Positions 21,562 to 32,466 of a stretch of DNA of 64,000 bases are shown piece by piece; the stretch's first letter is position 1; every line of letters starts with the position of its first letter. Below the pieces are notes generated by a model. That model saw only the letters and a program-made list of their open reading frames with translations. It searched no databases and was not told the origin of the DNA. Source of the stretch: Desulfosudaceae bacterium. Lineage in GTDB: Bacteria; Desulfobacterota; Desulfobacteria; Desulfobacterales; Desulfosudaceae. Location: the NCBI GenBank assembly GCA_963674745.2, contig CAXXDV010000003.1, forward strand, positions 1,760,001-1,824,000, written 5' to 3'. Made by a program: the position numbers and the translations under genes.

Positions 21562-23103
21562 ATGAACGGCCGTGCCTATTCGTATTTACAAACCATTTTA
21601 AAACAACCATACCGCGAAGAATACAACCGGGCCTTTAACGAATACCTGATCGAACAGATCAGGACCCTTCACCGGCCGGTCGGTTTTATCGCCATGGTCG
21701 CCTGGATCAATTTTGCTTTTCGCATTGACCCCCTGCTGCACCCTGAATTCCCAGGGCTCTTTTATTTCCGCATGGGCCTTACCATTTCCGGGGCCTATGT
21801 TTTCGTCGCCTCATTTTTTGAACCCCTCCGGGGTAAAGGCATGGGGCTATTTTACGTACTGGCGGTGTTTTCATTGCTGTCCTGTTCTTTTTTTACCGGA
21901 CGACTGGCGGACGACGCCGGTTATGTTGCCGGTATCCAGATATTGATTCTGATATTCATTCTCGGCCCCTGCCCTTATCGCGTTCTGGTCACCTTTTACA
22001 TTCTTTCCATCATGTTGTTTGTCAGCGCGGTATTGATCTACAAGCCCGATATCAGTTCGCCGGCCACCCAGTACAGCCTGAACAACCTGGTCATCACCTA
22101 TCTTCTGGGGTTTGTCGGCGGCTTCTTTCTTGACAGGATGCGCTTTAATGTGTTCCTGAACCAGGCCAGGCTCAACAATGCCCTGGATGAACTGCAACAG
22201 CTGATCAACAATGTAGCCGAGAAATCGGCCATTGTAACGACGTCATCCACCTCTTTGCTGTCGCTGTCCGACAAGATGGCCGACAGCACCAGAAAAATGG
22301 TCCTCAAAATGGAAGAGATATCATCAGCCGTCACCACTGCCATAACCCGCATGAACTCGAGTATGAACACCGTTACCGAGTATATGAAAAAATCATCTAA
22401 ATACATGTCCGTGGCGGAAACAGCGGCTGAAAATATTTCAAGTTCCATGCGGCAGATCAACGAGAACTCAAGGCAGGTCAGCGGCAGTATCAACAAGGTG
22501 GTCCCCCTGGTCGCCCGTGCCTCGGGCAGCGTCAGAGAACTTGGTCAGGCCGCCGGCACCATCAGCAATGTTTCCCAGGCAATTTCCGACATTTCCGGGC
22601 AGACCAACCTGCTGTCACTTAATGCCACCATAGAAGCGGCCAGGGCCGGAGATGCCGGCAAGGGGTTTGCCGTAGTCGCCGCCGAAGTAAAGCAGCTCGC
22701 CAGCCAGGCCGGTCAGGCCACTAAAGATATCAAACAGCAGATTGAACGAATAGAACTGACCACATCCGCCACCATGGCCGTCATTGATAAATTTTCAAAT
22801 GATATTACGCAAATCAATGAAATCGTATCTTCCACGACCAGCGGCATTGACAATCAACAGGACGCGGTCAATAGAATATTTGAGAACGTCAGCAAAGCCG
22901 CCGGCGGCATCCAGGATGCCGCAAGCAATATAGCCGGTACAACCGCCGTTTCTTCAGATGTTACCGGCAGGATTGCCGACCTGGAGAGCATTTCCCATGA
23001 GATGATGGATATTACCAGTCAGGTCAATGCCAGTGTTCAGGAGCTGTCCGACCTGGCCGACCAGTTAAACAACACCCTGGAAGGCATCAGAAGCAGGCAA
23101 TAG
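21562..23103 (+). CDS. Methyl-accepting chemotaxis protein with membrane sensor domain
   Basis: [27 protein letters not shown]. Confidence 0.93.
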   Translation: MNGRAYSYLQTILKQPYREEYNRAFNEYLIEQIRTLHRPVGFIAMVAWINFAFRIDPLLHPEFPGLFYFRMGLTISGAYVFVASFFEPLRGKGMGLFYVLAVFSLLSCSFFTGRLADDAGYVAGIQILILIFILGPCPYRVLVTFYILSIMLFVSAVLIYKPDISSPATQYSLNNLVITYLLGFVGGFFLDRMRFNVFLNQARLNNALDELQQLINNVAEKSAIVTTSSTSLLSLSDKMADSTRKMVLKMEEISSAVTTAITRMNSSMNTVTEYMKKSSKYMSVAETAAENISSSMRQINENSRQVSGSINKVVPLVARASGSVRELGQAAGTISNVSQAISDISGQTNLLSLNATIEAARAGDAGKGFAVVAAEVKQLASQAGQATKDIKQQIERIELTTSATMAVIDKFSNDITQINEIVSSTTSGIDNQQDAVNRIFENVSKAAGGIQDAASNIAGTTAVSSDVTGRIADLESISHEMMDITSQVNASVQELSDLADQLNNTLEGIRSRQ

Positions 23104-23173
23104 ACCGGAAATTTCATGAATTTTACGGTTACAGAATGTTGTTACTGTTGCTACCTGGAAACTGGAAGCCTGA

Positions 23174-23319
23174 ACAGGCTGTCCCGCAACTCGTCATCCC
23201 GGGCAGTGGAGCGAAGCGGAACGTGACCCGGGATCCAGTATAAAATTGGTTTTATTCATTTTTCTGGATTCCGGCGCGGAGGCCGGAATGACGAATGTTG
23301 GTGTTATTGGACAGCCTGT
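23174..23319. mobile_element. MITE-like element with 11-bp terminal inverted repeats
   Basis: ACAGGCTGTCC ... GGACAGCCTGT ends enclosing GTCATCCCG...GATCCAG / CTGGATTCC...GGAATGAC palindromes. Confidence 0.65.
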
Positions 23320-23423
23320 GAAGGCTTCCGCTACAATTGACGATGGCGGCATAATAATGCAGCACGTAGCGGAAGGCTAGCCTTCCATCCGCATTTTAGC
23401 AACACCTTATAATTGACATGACA

Positions 23424-24809
23424 CTAGTTTTTGGCCCTGTATTCCTCGAGCGCCTTCAACATGTCGCTCATCAAATCCCGGGGAAATAGCCCTTTATCGA
23501 CAAGCTGTTCCCGCACTCTCATAGACGCCGCTTGAAGCTCTTTCAGATCAGAAGCAGAAAGGGTGACCGGTTTCATGCCGCATTTGGACTCAAACGCCTC
23601 CAGACTTTTTTCCTCAAAAACCCTGGTCGTTTTTTTCCAATTCTTTTCAAGGGTACCGACCTCATATACCAGCATCTCCTGAAAATTGTCGGCAAGCAGC
23701 TTGGACACACCGAACCGCTTGCGCAGCCTTTCCTTTGTTTTCACGCTGGTCAATGCAGCCCCGGGGGAATACAGCAGCGGCGGTTTGATAAAATAGTTCA
23801 GATATTGATAGGCCTGTATGCCAAGCAAATACCCGGAAGGGGCCATCATGGCGTCGGCCATGCCCGTACTGAGGGCTGAAACGGTTTCCGGAACCGCCAT
23901 CGGCGTGGCGTCAATCCCGAGTTCTTCATACAGCACGTTTTCAACCTCACCGTTGGTGGTCATAAATTTCTGTTTTCTAAGATCCGCCAGCCCGGTTACC
24001 CTATTTTTTGTAAACACATAGAAAAAACCGGTATCAATAAAGGAAGAAAGGATATACCCTCTCTCCTCAAAAAAGGTATCGATTCTTTTCCTGAATTTAT
24101 CGGTGATATAATCCACTTCATCATAGTTTCTGAAAAGACCCGGCAAAATCAGGACAGAGATTTCCGGAGCCGCAGCCGTAAGCCCCATGGCGGTGCATCC
24201 GCAACCGTCAAGTTGGCCGATATCCATTTTTCTCAAGATATCGGTATCCTCTCCCATGACACCGCCGGCGTATATTTTTACAACGAACTTGTTATTGCTC
24301 AACTTGGCCATCTGGGGGATCAGGGTTTCTTCGGGAATTTTAATCCACGGCGTTCCCGTCGGGGCAAGGGTACCAATGGTTATGACCATCTTTTCACCGT
24401 CAGGGATCAGGCTCGAGGACGCTTTCCAGACAAGCACTTTGACTTCTTCCCAATCCATATAGGGGCCAAGAAGGGCTTCAACGCGCCCGGGCATTTCTTT
24501 TAAAATATAGCGGGAAGTCCGGTGCTGACTCAAAATAGGTAGAAACATCTTCTCCAGCATGGAAACCAGTTCATCCTTGGTGATGGCCCCCTTCTCAAAC
24601 ATGGTTCTTAATGTCTGCTGCTGCTTCTGCAGCACCGGGCTGAATTTTTTCCCGGTCAGAAGGGCCGTCATACTCTCCTTTAACACGGTATCCACTTCTT
24701 TTTTGGTCAAATCTGCTGCCACAGAGATTGAAACAACACCGAAAATACACATTATAAGAAAAGAACAGACGATGTATCGGCTGGACTTGTGATGAAAGAC
24801 GTGAATCAT
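23424..24809 (-). CDS. dctP: TRAP transporter DctP-type substrate-binding protein with N-terminal extension
   Basis: GTLAPTGTPW, YAGGVMGED, RKMDIGQLDG; no dctQM in the window. Confidence 0.8.
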   Translation of the reverse strand: MIHVFHHKSSRYIVCSFLIMCIFGVVSISVAADLTKKEVDTVLKESMTALLTGKKFSPVLQKQQQTLRTMFEKGAITKDELVSMLEKMFLPILSQHRTSRYILKEMPGRVEALLGPYMDWEEVKVLVWKASSSLIPDGEKMVITIGTLAPTGTPWIKIPEETLIPQMAKLSNNKFVVKIYAGGVMGEDTDILRKMDIGQLDGCGCTAMGLTAAAPEISVLILPGLFRNYDEVDYITDKFRKRIDTFFEERGYILSSFIDTGFFYVFTKNRVTGLADLRKQKFMTTNGEVENVLYEELGIDATPMAVPETVSALSTGMADAMMAPSGYLLGIQAYQYLNYFIKPPLLYSPGAALTSVKTKERLRKRFGVSKLLADNFQEMLVYEVGTLEKNWKKTTRVFEEKSLEAFESKCGMKPVTLSASDLKELQAASMRVREQLVDKGLFPRDLMSDMLKALEEYRAKN

Positions 24810-25201
24810 GTATCTTCCCTTTCAATTAATAGGTGAGCAGAAAAACAAACAGGTCGGGTTTTGATAACAGGATTATGATCGTACGTCAATAACATATGTT
24901 AATACTTTTCGCATATTGAACATTGACAGCGTTCCTGGTTTATAGGGAACAACATGTGAAGAACGTCCCAACCGGGCCGGCCCGGAACCAAACCGGCAAG
25001 TAACAGGAGTCGTTTTGTGGGTAAAAGTTTTAAGGTTTTAGAGTTTTAAGGTTTTAATCAGGCCGTTTAAAAAAACATTTCATCCAAAAAATCCGTGAAA
25101 TCCGTATCAAAATTATTAAAATCCGGTATGGCCCGGAATCATTTTTTTAAAGAACAGGGTTGTTGGGAAAAAAGTTTTTCCCTTCGGTCTCGCCCTGATA
25201 A

Positions 25202-25891
25202 TTACGGGCCACCCGGACTGAACCTGTAGCCCACGCCGTAAACGGTATGAATGACGGTTTGTGCCGGCAGGTGATGCCCGATTTTTTTTCTCAGATTTTT
25301 GATATGACTGTCAATGGTCCGGTCATATCCTTCAAAGTCATACCCTTGAACATTTGCGATCAGGTCATTTCGTGAAAACACCCGGTCCGGCTGTTCCATA
25401 AAGACACGCATGAGTTGAAATTCTATGTTGGTCAAAGAAAGTGCTGCTTCATGGATGGAAATCCGATGTTTTGTTGTATCCAGCACAAAAGGTCCGACAA
25501 CCAGCGTCTCCTCAGCCGGCTCTGGTTGATTTCGACGCAAGACCGCCTTTACCCGGGCCACCACCTCCCGTGGAGAAAACGGCTTGCAGATATAATCATC
25601 CGCGCCCAATTCCAGACCGATAAGCCGGTCTATCTCTTCTACTTTTGCGGTCAGCATGATAATGGGAACCATGGACTTTTTGCGGATTTCACGGCAGATA
25701 TCCAGGCCGTCCCTGCCCGGCAGCATGATGTCAAGGATGATCAGATCCGGTGACGTTTTACGAAACTGCGGCACCACCTCGCTGCCATGACTGACAAGGA
25801 TTGTTGCATATCCCGCGTTCTCCAGGTACTCTTTCACAACCCGGGCGATCTTGGGCTCATCCTCGATGATCATAATCTGCTGACTGATCAT
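25202..25891 (-). CDS. baeR: OmpR-family response regulator, BaeR-like
   Basis: Receiver domain (LDIMLP, KPFSPRE) plus winged helix DRTIDSHIKNLRKK. Confidence 0.8.
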   Translation of the reverse strand: MISQQIMIIEDEPKIARVVKEYLENAGYATILVSHGSEVVPQFRKTSPDLIILDIMLPGRDGLDICREIRKKSMVPIIMLTAKVEEIDRLIGLELGADDYICKPFSPREVVARVKAVLRRNQPEPAEETLVVGPFVLDTTKHRISIHEAALSLTNIEFQLMRVFMEQPDRVFSRNDLIANVQGYDFEGYDRTIDSHIKNLRKKIGHHLPAQTVIHTVYGVGYRFSPGGP

Positions 25892-25926
25892 ATATATTCC
25901 TTTTCAGAGTGATCCGGATCATCACT

Positions 25927-27489
25927 TTACAATTTCTGTTTGCATATCGGCAGTTTTATGATGATCCGCAGTCCGCCTGCGGAGACGTTCTCCGCCCATA
26001 TTTGTCCCTGGAGGGCTTCGATGATTGTCTTACAGATGGACAAACCCAGGCCGGAACCGCCCAGTTCGCGCGTCCTGGCGGAATCGATCCGGTAAAGCCT
26101 GTCAAAGAGCCGGCCAAGACAGTCTTCAGGCACACCCGGACCGGTGTCTTCAATGCTGATCACAAAATGTTCTTTTAATTCCCGGCAATTAATGGCCACT
26201 GATTCTGAAGTTGTTGCATATCTTAATATATTTTCAAAAATATTGCCGAACACCTGAGCCAGCTTGTCGGCATCTCCCAATACAGTGAACCGGGCTGAAT
26301 CCGGGAAGGCCCTGTTTATGGCAATCTGATTGTCATTAAACCTGGATGAAAAGCGCTGAATCACATTTTCCAGCACCCTGATCGGATTGATCACCTCCTG
26401 CCGCATTTGAATGATACCGCTTTCCGTCTTCGCGATCAGGCTCAAGTCATCGACGATTTTGGCCAGAACCATTACCTCGCCATGCAACGAATTAATGGTT
26501 GCGGGGGTCACCTTTCTTATCCCGTCCTGAAGCGCTTCGATTTCCGCCCGAAGCACCGCCAGGGGGGTCCTCAACTCGTGGGCGATATCGCTTAACCACT
26601 GCCGGCGAATGCTTTCATGGCTTTGCAGCGCCTGCGCCATGGCATTAAAGTTCTCGGCCAGCTGGCCGAGTTCATCGTTGGAGGCCACCGCAATGCGCAG
26701 ATCAAACTGCCGGTTGCGAATGGCGTTGGTGGCTTGAGCGATTGTTCGCACAGGGGCTGTCAGGTGGCGTGAAAAAAAGATAGACACCACAACCGCCATG
26801 AACAGAACAATACCGCCGATAAAATAAAAAGTACGCGACTGGCGCTTTAAAAAAGAAATATCCGTAGGGGTCATTTTTTGCGTCTCTTTTTTCAATCCCA
26901 GCCAGCCGATGACCTGATTGTCAGCCGTTATGGGTTTAAGCGCCTGTTGGGCAAGGTCCGGATTTCCGGATACGACCCGTTTTTTCATATCAAAAAGAGA
27001 CAGCCGGCGGGCCATGTCGGATATTTCCAGGGGCCTTCGGGGAGGCGGTGGCGGGAGGGGCCGGGTTCGAAAATTTTCGGCGTTCAAGGTTTTTCTTTCG
27101 GTGGGAAAATTTCTCACAGGCGGAGGCGGCGGCCCGGGTCTTCTGTTACTATTAATGTTTTCCTCTGCCGGAAAATTCACCTGTGTCTGGTATAGGTCTC
27201 TTTCCGGTTGCCGCGAAAGGATCTGGCTGTCTGCCGGAAAAAACCGGATCAACGTCTCGTGCCAGATCCGGGGGTTGTGCCTGTATTTGTCCCAATTGTT
27301 GTTTAGTTGATAGTCCTCGGACAGTGCCTGAGCCAGAGCGCCAAGAGAATCCAGTTCCTGTTGTAATACAAAATCGGAAAAATTGCGGTACACAAAGAAC
27401 TGCATCGTTATGACCATCAGCACAACTACGGATACCGATGTCACAAGAAATGTCAGCAAAGATTTATAGAAGAGCTTCGATATCATCAA
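25927..27489 (-). CDS. baeS: HAMP sensor histidine kinase, BaeS-like
   Basis: DIAHELRTPL, GGSGLGL, HAMP domain, Pro-rich periplasmic loop. Confidence 0.8.
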   Translation of the reverse strand: MMISKLFYKSLLTFLVTSVSVVVLMVITMQFFVYRNFSDFVLQQELDSLGALAQALSEDYQLNNNWDKYRHNPRIWHETLIRFFPADSQILSRQPERDLYQTQVNFPAEENINSNRRPGPPPPPVRNFPTERKTLNAENFRTRPLPPPPPRRPLEISDMARRLSLFDMKKRVVSGNPDLAQQALKPITADNQVIGWLGLKKETQKMTPTDISFLKRQSRTFYFIGGIVLFMAVVVSIFFSRHLTAPVRTIAQATNAIRNRQFDLRIAVASNDELGQLAENFNAMAQALQSHESIRRQWLSDIAHELRTPLAVLRAEIEALQDGIRKVTPATINSLHGEVMVLAKIVDDLSLIAKTESGIIQMRQEVINPIRVLENVIQRFSSRFNDNQIAINRAFPDSARFTVLGDADKLAQVFGNIFENILRYATTSESVAINCRELKEHFVISIEDTGPGVPEDCLGRLFDRLYRIDSARTRELGGSGLGLSICKTIIEALQGQIWAENVSAGGLRIIIKLPICKQKL

Positions 27490-27564
27490 TTCCGCCCGGG
27501 AAAGGGATTATTAAGCTTGAGAAAAAAATAAACCAAAACATCACCCTTTGCAACCGGATATCGG

Positions 27565-27607
27565 TATCTCCACAGCAATCCCATGGTTTCTCCATACTTT
27601 CTCCATA
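27565..27607 (+). promoter_or_regulatory. Four direct repeats at 11-bp period; probable BaeR-like binding site
   Basis: TATCTCCACA (27565), CAATCCCATG (27576), TTTCTCCATA (27587), TTTCTCCATA (27598), upstream of the spy-like gene. Confidence 0.65.
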
Positions 27608-27667
27608 TTCCGCACTTATATTCTTAGTCAGGATGAAAACAAATATTATTAAAAAAAGGAGAACAAC

Positions 27668-28144
27668 ATGAACAGACATTTTCGAACACTGACATTGGTT
27701 GCCTGCCTGGTCATTACCGGCGCAACGATTGTAACCGCCAACCCGGACGGTTTCGATCGTCACGGAAAACAAGGCGTCAACCCCCTGGCCGATCTGGATC
27801 TCAGTGCCAAACAAACCCAAAAAATCAGATCCCTTCGTCAGGACTTTGAAGAAGCCATTGCGCCGCTAAAACTTCAGGAATTTGATATTAACGCGCGACT
27901 GAATATTTTGTGGCTCCAGATAACGCCTGACACAAAGAAGATCGAGACGGCGCAGGAAAAGCTTCATGATATCCGTTACCAGCTTATGAAAAAAGAAACC
28001 GATTTTCGTATTGCCGTACGGGGCGTGTTAACCGAAGACCAGATCTCGCGGATGCTGGCATTAGGGAGTAACCCTTGCCAGGGCCCTGGTGATAAACCCG
28101 GATTCCGGCCTCACCTGCAGCAAAGGCTTCGTGGAAGATTTTAG
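27668..28144 (+). CDS. Spy/CpxP-family periplasmic chaperone
   Basis: Signal peptide and LTxxQ-type motifs (LSAKQ, LTEDQ). Confidence 0.8.
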   Translation: MNRHFRTLTLVACLVITGATIVTANPDGFDRHGKQGVNPLADLDLSAKQTQKIRSLRQDFEEAIAPLKLQEFDINARLNILWLQITPDTKKIETAQEKLHDIRYQLMKKETDFRIAVRGVLTEDQISRMLALGSNPCQGPGDKPGFRPHLQQRLRGRF

Positions 28145-28246
28145 AGGTGACCCTCAAGATTAGCCCTAAAATAAAACCGAAGGCAGTTGGTCATCACCCT
28201 CCCCGTCCGCCACAACCGATTAAATATTAAATATGGAGGTTTTTCT

Positions 28247-28552
28247 ATGAACACGGTTAAAAAAGCATCAATTATTATCGCACTTCTGGGAATGCTTGTC
28301 CCCATCACTGTATTTGGAAGCGAATCCTCCCGGGGACAAGGCCGGGGAAGACATCAGGGACCGCCTCCGGAGGCGTATTCCGCCTGTGAAGGCAAAAGTG
28401 CCGGCGACACGGCGGAATTTATCAGCCCCCACGGGGATACGGTGACAGGCACCTGCGAACAGGAACCCGATGGTGACCGGCTCGTTCTGCGCCCAGACAA
28501 TCCGCCGAAAAAAGGACCCGGGGGCCGGCCAGAAAGAAACGATCAGGAATAA
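28247..28552 (+). CDS. Exported small protein with PPPEAYSAC motif
   Basis: ATG after GGAGG; signal peptide; two Cys. Confidence 0.7.
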   Translation: MNTVKKASIIIALLGMLVPITVFGSESSRGQGRGRHQGPPPEAYSACEGKSAGDTAEFISPHGDTVTGTCEQEPDGDRLVLRPDNPPKKGPGGRPERNDQE

Positions 28553-28602
28553 ACGGGAATAAATTATATTTCAACTACCGAATCCGGAAGGGGAAACGAC
28601 TT

Positions 28603-30816
28603 ATGACAAAACCGATTCATCCGGCAATAAAAATAAACTTGATACTTCTGGCAATCTGTCTGGCATTTTTCTCCGGATGTTCCGGCGGCGGATCGTCCGG
28701 CAGCAGTAATGAAGATGATTCCAGCATTGCTGACACAGAAACCGGGACAAGTTCCGGCCCCCTGGTGATCAATGAAATCGTTGCAAAAGCAACAGAAGGC
28801 GGCAACGACTGGATCGAGTTCTATGTTTCCGGATCAAACGAAGTAAATTTAAACGACTACACTGTTAGTGACGATAATGAGGAGAATGAACCCGTCGCAC
28901 TGCCGGTAGTCATATTAACGCCGGGAGAATTTTATGTAATTCAGGCCACAGACGATCCTCCGGAAGACGGGTCCGATTATGTGCCCATAAAACTGGGATC
29001 AGATGACTGTGTTAAACTGTTTCAGGGAAATGACCTGATTGACAAACTGGACTGGGATGATGGTGACGCACTGATCGGTTACAGCTATGGCTGTTATCCG
29101 GACGGTTCTAAAAATACGCAGACACTTTCTCCGACTCCGGGATATGAAAATACACCCGCCACACGCGGTCAGCTGGTGATCAATGAAATCATGTGCAAAG
29201 ACAGTGACGGCGGGTTTGACTGGTTTGAGCTGTACAATGCCGGCAATACGGTCGTAAATCCCGGAGATTACCTTATCGTAGACGACGACAAAGACCAGGA
29301 ACCGGCGGCTTTGCCGGATGTGGCCCTTGCTCCGGGCACATTTCTGGTAGTGTACGCAACAGGTGAGGATACCGATCAGACGCTTTATTCGGTCAAATTT
29401 AAACTGGGCGCTTCTGACAGCCTGAGCCTGATGTTAAACGATGAAGTTGTCGATTATATGGAATGGCAGAATTCAGATGCGCCGGAAGGGTTTTCTTATG
29501 GCCTGTATCCGGATGGGTCCTGGGATCATCAGACGCTGGAGGTAACGCCTTCTGCTGCAAATGAACCGGTTGATTTTTTCTCCGAAGATACGGTTGAAAA
29601 AATATATATCGACATGAGCCAGACAGACTGGAACAGTATTCTCGGCAATCCCATGGCTGAAGAATACCACCCTGCTTCCATTACCTATCGGGATGTCACT
29701 TTGGAAGATGTGGCTTTCCGGACCAAGGGCAATTCCAGCCTGAAACATGTTGCCACTACCAACAGCACCAGATTCAGCTTCAAAGTGGATATGAACTATT
29801 ACGTGGACGGCCAGAAGCTGCTGGGCATGAAAAAGATCAACCTGAACAATAATTTTAAAGACCCGTCTTACATGAGAGAGCGTATTGCCTATGATATGCT
29901 GCGTTCTCTTGATGTCCCGGCCCCGCGGCTTTCATATGTAAACCTTTACATCAACGGTTCGCTGCATGGCCTGTACACACTTGTGGAACAGGTTGACAGT
30001 GAATTTTTAGAGAAAAATTTTGATAATTCCGAAGGCGATCTTTACAAGCCGGACGGCACGGGCAGCGACCTGCTATGGCGGGGGACAAATTTTGCCTCAT
30101 ATTCAGGGGTTGAGCTGAAAACCAATGAAGAAAGTACTGAAAATGCCGCGTTTATTAACATGATTGATGAATTAGACAATGGTAATAACCTTGAATCAGT
30201 AATCGATGTGGATGAAGTCCTCCGGTACCTGGCGGTCAGCACCGCCTTGTCCAACCTGGACAGTTACCAGGGGCCGCTGGCGCACAACTACTACATATAT
30301 GAACAGGACGGTGTATTTTCCATCATCCCCTGGGATTTTAACGAGTCCTTCGGCTCTTTTACCATGGGCTGCCAGGACAGCAATGCCATGATCAGCCTCT
30401 ATATTGACGAGCCGACTTCCAGCACTCTGGCCGACCGGCCCCTTATTGCCAGGCTGCTTGAACAGGAAAATTATAAAGCCACTTATCACGAATACATTGA
30501 AGACCTGATATACGGGGTCATGAACCCGGCCATCATTGCCTGGACCATTGAGAATACGAAAAACCTGATCAGCAGCCATGTGGCCAATGATCCCACCGCC
30601 TTTTTTTCCTATGCGGAATTTGAAGCATCCCTGGGATACGTTAATATCGGAGAAATCTTCGGGCTGCAGAATTTTGTGGATAACCGCACGGAAAACATGA
30701 TCGAGCAGCTTTCAGGCATTGAACCCTCTTCCGGGGACGGAAGCGGAAGCTGTGGGGGCCAGGTAAATCCCGGCATGCCGGGTGGCGGACCGGGTATGCC
30801 GCCGCCCAGGCCTTAA
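28603..30816 (+). CDS. CotH kinase-family lipoprotein with two lamin-tail domains
   Basis: Lipobox FSGC; two LVINEI..DWxE domains; KGNSS, DPSYMRE, HNYY, IPWDFN. Confidence 0.88.
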   Translation: MTKPIHPAIKINLILLAICLAFFSGCSGGGSSGSSNEDDSSIADTETGTSSGPLVINEIVAKATEGGNDWIEFYVSGSNEVNLNDYTVSDDNEENEPVALPVVILTPGEFYVIQATDDPPEDGSDYVPIKLGSDDCVKLFQGNDLIDKLDWDDGDALIGYSYGCYPDGSKNTQTLSPTPGYENTPATRGQLVINEIMCKDSDGGFDWFELYNAGNTVVNPGDYLIVDDDKDQEPAALPDVALAPGTFLVVYATGEDTDQTLYSVKFKLGASDSLSLMLNDEVVDYMEWQNSDAPEGFSYGLYPDGSWDHQTLEVTPSAANEPVDFFSEDTVEKIYIDMSQTDWNSILGNPMAEEYHPASITYRDVTLEDVAFRTKGNSSLKHVATTNSTRFSFKVDMNYYVDGQKLLGMKKINLNNNFKDPSYMRERIAYDMLRSLDVPAPRLSYVNLYINGSLHGLYTLVEQVDSEFLEKNFDNSEGDLYKPDGTGSDLLWRGTNFASYSGVELKTNEESTENAAFINMIDELDNGNNLESVIDVDEVLRYLAVSTALSNLDSYQGPLAHNYYIYEQDGVFSIIPWDFNESFGSFTMGCQDSNAMISLYIDEPTSSTLADRPLIARLLEQENYKATYHEYIEDLIYGVMNPAIIAWTIENTKNLISSHVANDPTAFFSYAEFEASLGYVNIGEIFGLQNFVDNRTENMIEQLSGIEPSSGDGSGSCGGQVNPGMPGGGPGMPPPRP

Positions 30817-30864
30817 TGCCGTTTCAGCACGCTTCAACTACTTTAATTAACCGGGGACTTTGTT

Positions 30865-31797
30865 ATGCTGATTGACTCAGGAGTAAGCGATATGAAAACA
30901 AATAATGCCTTGCTGCAACACAGTTTTGAAGCCGGTAAACAGATTGTCGAACCCAACATAAGCCGAAAAGCAATTATGAAAAATTATCGGATTGAGTCTT
31001 TGCTGTCACGATTCAAGCCCCATCGTCTTGATGATCTGAACAATGCCGGCTTGATGAGTCGGGTGGATACAAAATATCTTCTGCCAAACAACAATCTGGA
31101 AAAATTACTGTCGATTCTTTCACCTTTCTATACCGTACTGGAAATAAACTTTTCACGAATATTTCCCTACCAGACGACTTATTTTGACACCTCCGAATTT
31201 GACTTTTATCTGATGCATCATAACGGCAAACAAAACAGGTTTAAAATCCGCCATCGATTATATGTTGATTCCGGTGATCAGTATGTAGAGGTGAAACATA
31301 AAACAAACAAACGGGTAACCCAAAAAGAGCGAATTCTCATCAATGGTAACAGCATCAACAGAGAAGGCCTTAACAATCTGGTTTCCAGGCCGTTTGAAGG
31401 GAACCGGGCACAGCTCTTCAAAACCCTGGTCTGCTCATACGTCAGAATTGCCATGGCAGATGAAAAAAATGGAGAACGGTTGACACTGGATTTTGACCTG
31501 TCGTTTAACGATCCGGATCAGACGCGTTTAAAACAATTAGATCAGGTTTTGATCGCGGAAGTAAAGAGAAGCAGCGTTAAAGCTTCTTCCCGGTTTATGG
31601 ACTTGATGGACCAATTCCGGCATAAACCTGTTTCTTTCTCCAAATACTGCATTGGCTGTGCCCTGCTTCATCCAGAGAGAATTAAGACCAATCGGTTTAA
31701 AGCAACCTTGATGGCCCTCGACAGGATTTCCCGCGAAAGGACCCTACCGGAGGCATTGACAAACAATATGGAGAATAAACATGTTCAACACGCTTGA
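30865..31797 (+). CDS. VTC-domain (polyphosphate polymerase-like) protein
   Basis: RVDTKY, YFDT, KIRHRLY, ERLTLD, FSKYC; start uncertain. Confidence 0.85.
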   Translation: MLIDSGVSDMKTNNALLQHSFEAGKQIVEPNISRKAIMKNYRIESLLSRFKPHRLDDLNNAGLMSRVDTKYLLPNNNLEKLLSILSPFYTVLEINFSRIFPYQTTYFDTSEFDFYLMHHNGKQNRFKIRHRLYVDSGDQYVEVKHKTNKRVTQKERILINGNSINREGLNNLVSRPFEGNRAQLFKTLVCSYVRIAMADEKNGERLTLDFDLSFNDPDQTRLKQLDQVLIAEVKRSSVKASSRFMDLMDQFRHKPVSFSKYCIGCALLHPERIKTNRFKATLMALDRISRERTLPEALTNNMENKHVQHA

Positions 31798-32455
31798 TAT
31801 TAATTTTTTGGGTCGGTTCCTGATCAACACGATGACGCTGTTTGTACTGGTGAAGTATTGTTATTATCGCCGGACACCCAACCGGGACTTCCTGTTCTCA
31901 TTCTTCCTGTTTGGAACCGGCGTATATATTGTGTCCTACCTGCTGCATAACGTCAAGGTGTCCATGGGATTCGCATTCGGTCTGTTTGCCATTTTTTCCA
32001 TGCTCAGATACCGCACGGAAGCCATTTCCATCAAATCCATGACTTATCTGTTTCTGGTCATCACTGTTTCATTATTGTCTGCCGTGGGTCAGACGACCAC
32101 GGTTGAACTGTTGTTACTAAACGCGTTGATATGTGTCTGCACGAGCCTGGCAGAGTCTAAGATGCTGACCCCGCAACTTGCCGAACAAATCGTGCGATAC
32201 GAAAAAATTGAAAATATCCGTCCGCAGAATCGAAAGGCTCTTTTGGATGACCTGCGCCTGCGAACCGGACTAGAGATACGTAATGTATTGATTGATAAAA
32301 TCGATTTTTTAAGAGACACCGCAACACTCAGAATATTTTATGTAGCGGAAGAAAATGCCCTGTTTGTACCGGAGTCATCAAACGTAATATCCTCCTTCTT
32401 TCAAAAACAGCCCTCCTGTACTGCTGAAAACACAAAGCAGACGCAAGAATTATAA
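31781..32455 (+). CDS. DUF4956 membrane protein
   Basis: GFAFGLFAIFSMLRYRT; directly after the VTC gene. Confidence 0.85.
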   Translation: MFNTLDINFLGRFLINTMTLFVLVKYCYYRRTPNRDFLFSFFLFGTGVYIVSYLLHNVKVSMGFAFGLFAIFSMLRYRTEAISIKSMTYLFLVITVSLLSAVGQTTTVELLLLNALICVCTSLAESKMLTPQLAEQIVRYEKIENIRPQNRKALLDDLRLRTGLEIRNVLIDKIDFLRDTATLRIFYVAEENALFVPESSNVISSFFQKQPSCTAENTKQTQEL

Positions 32456-32466
32456 AGGAACGTGTA

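Noticed and set aside
14895..25115. Short ATCCGTG and GGTTTTAA-type micro-repeats (about 14944, 25025, 25090)
   Set aside because: Low-complexity intergenic repeats, too short to assign a function
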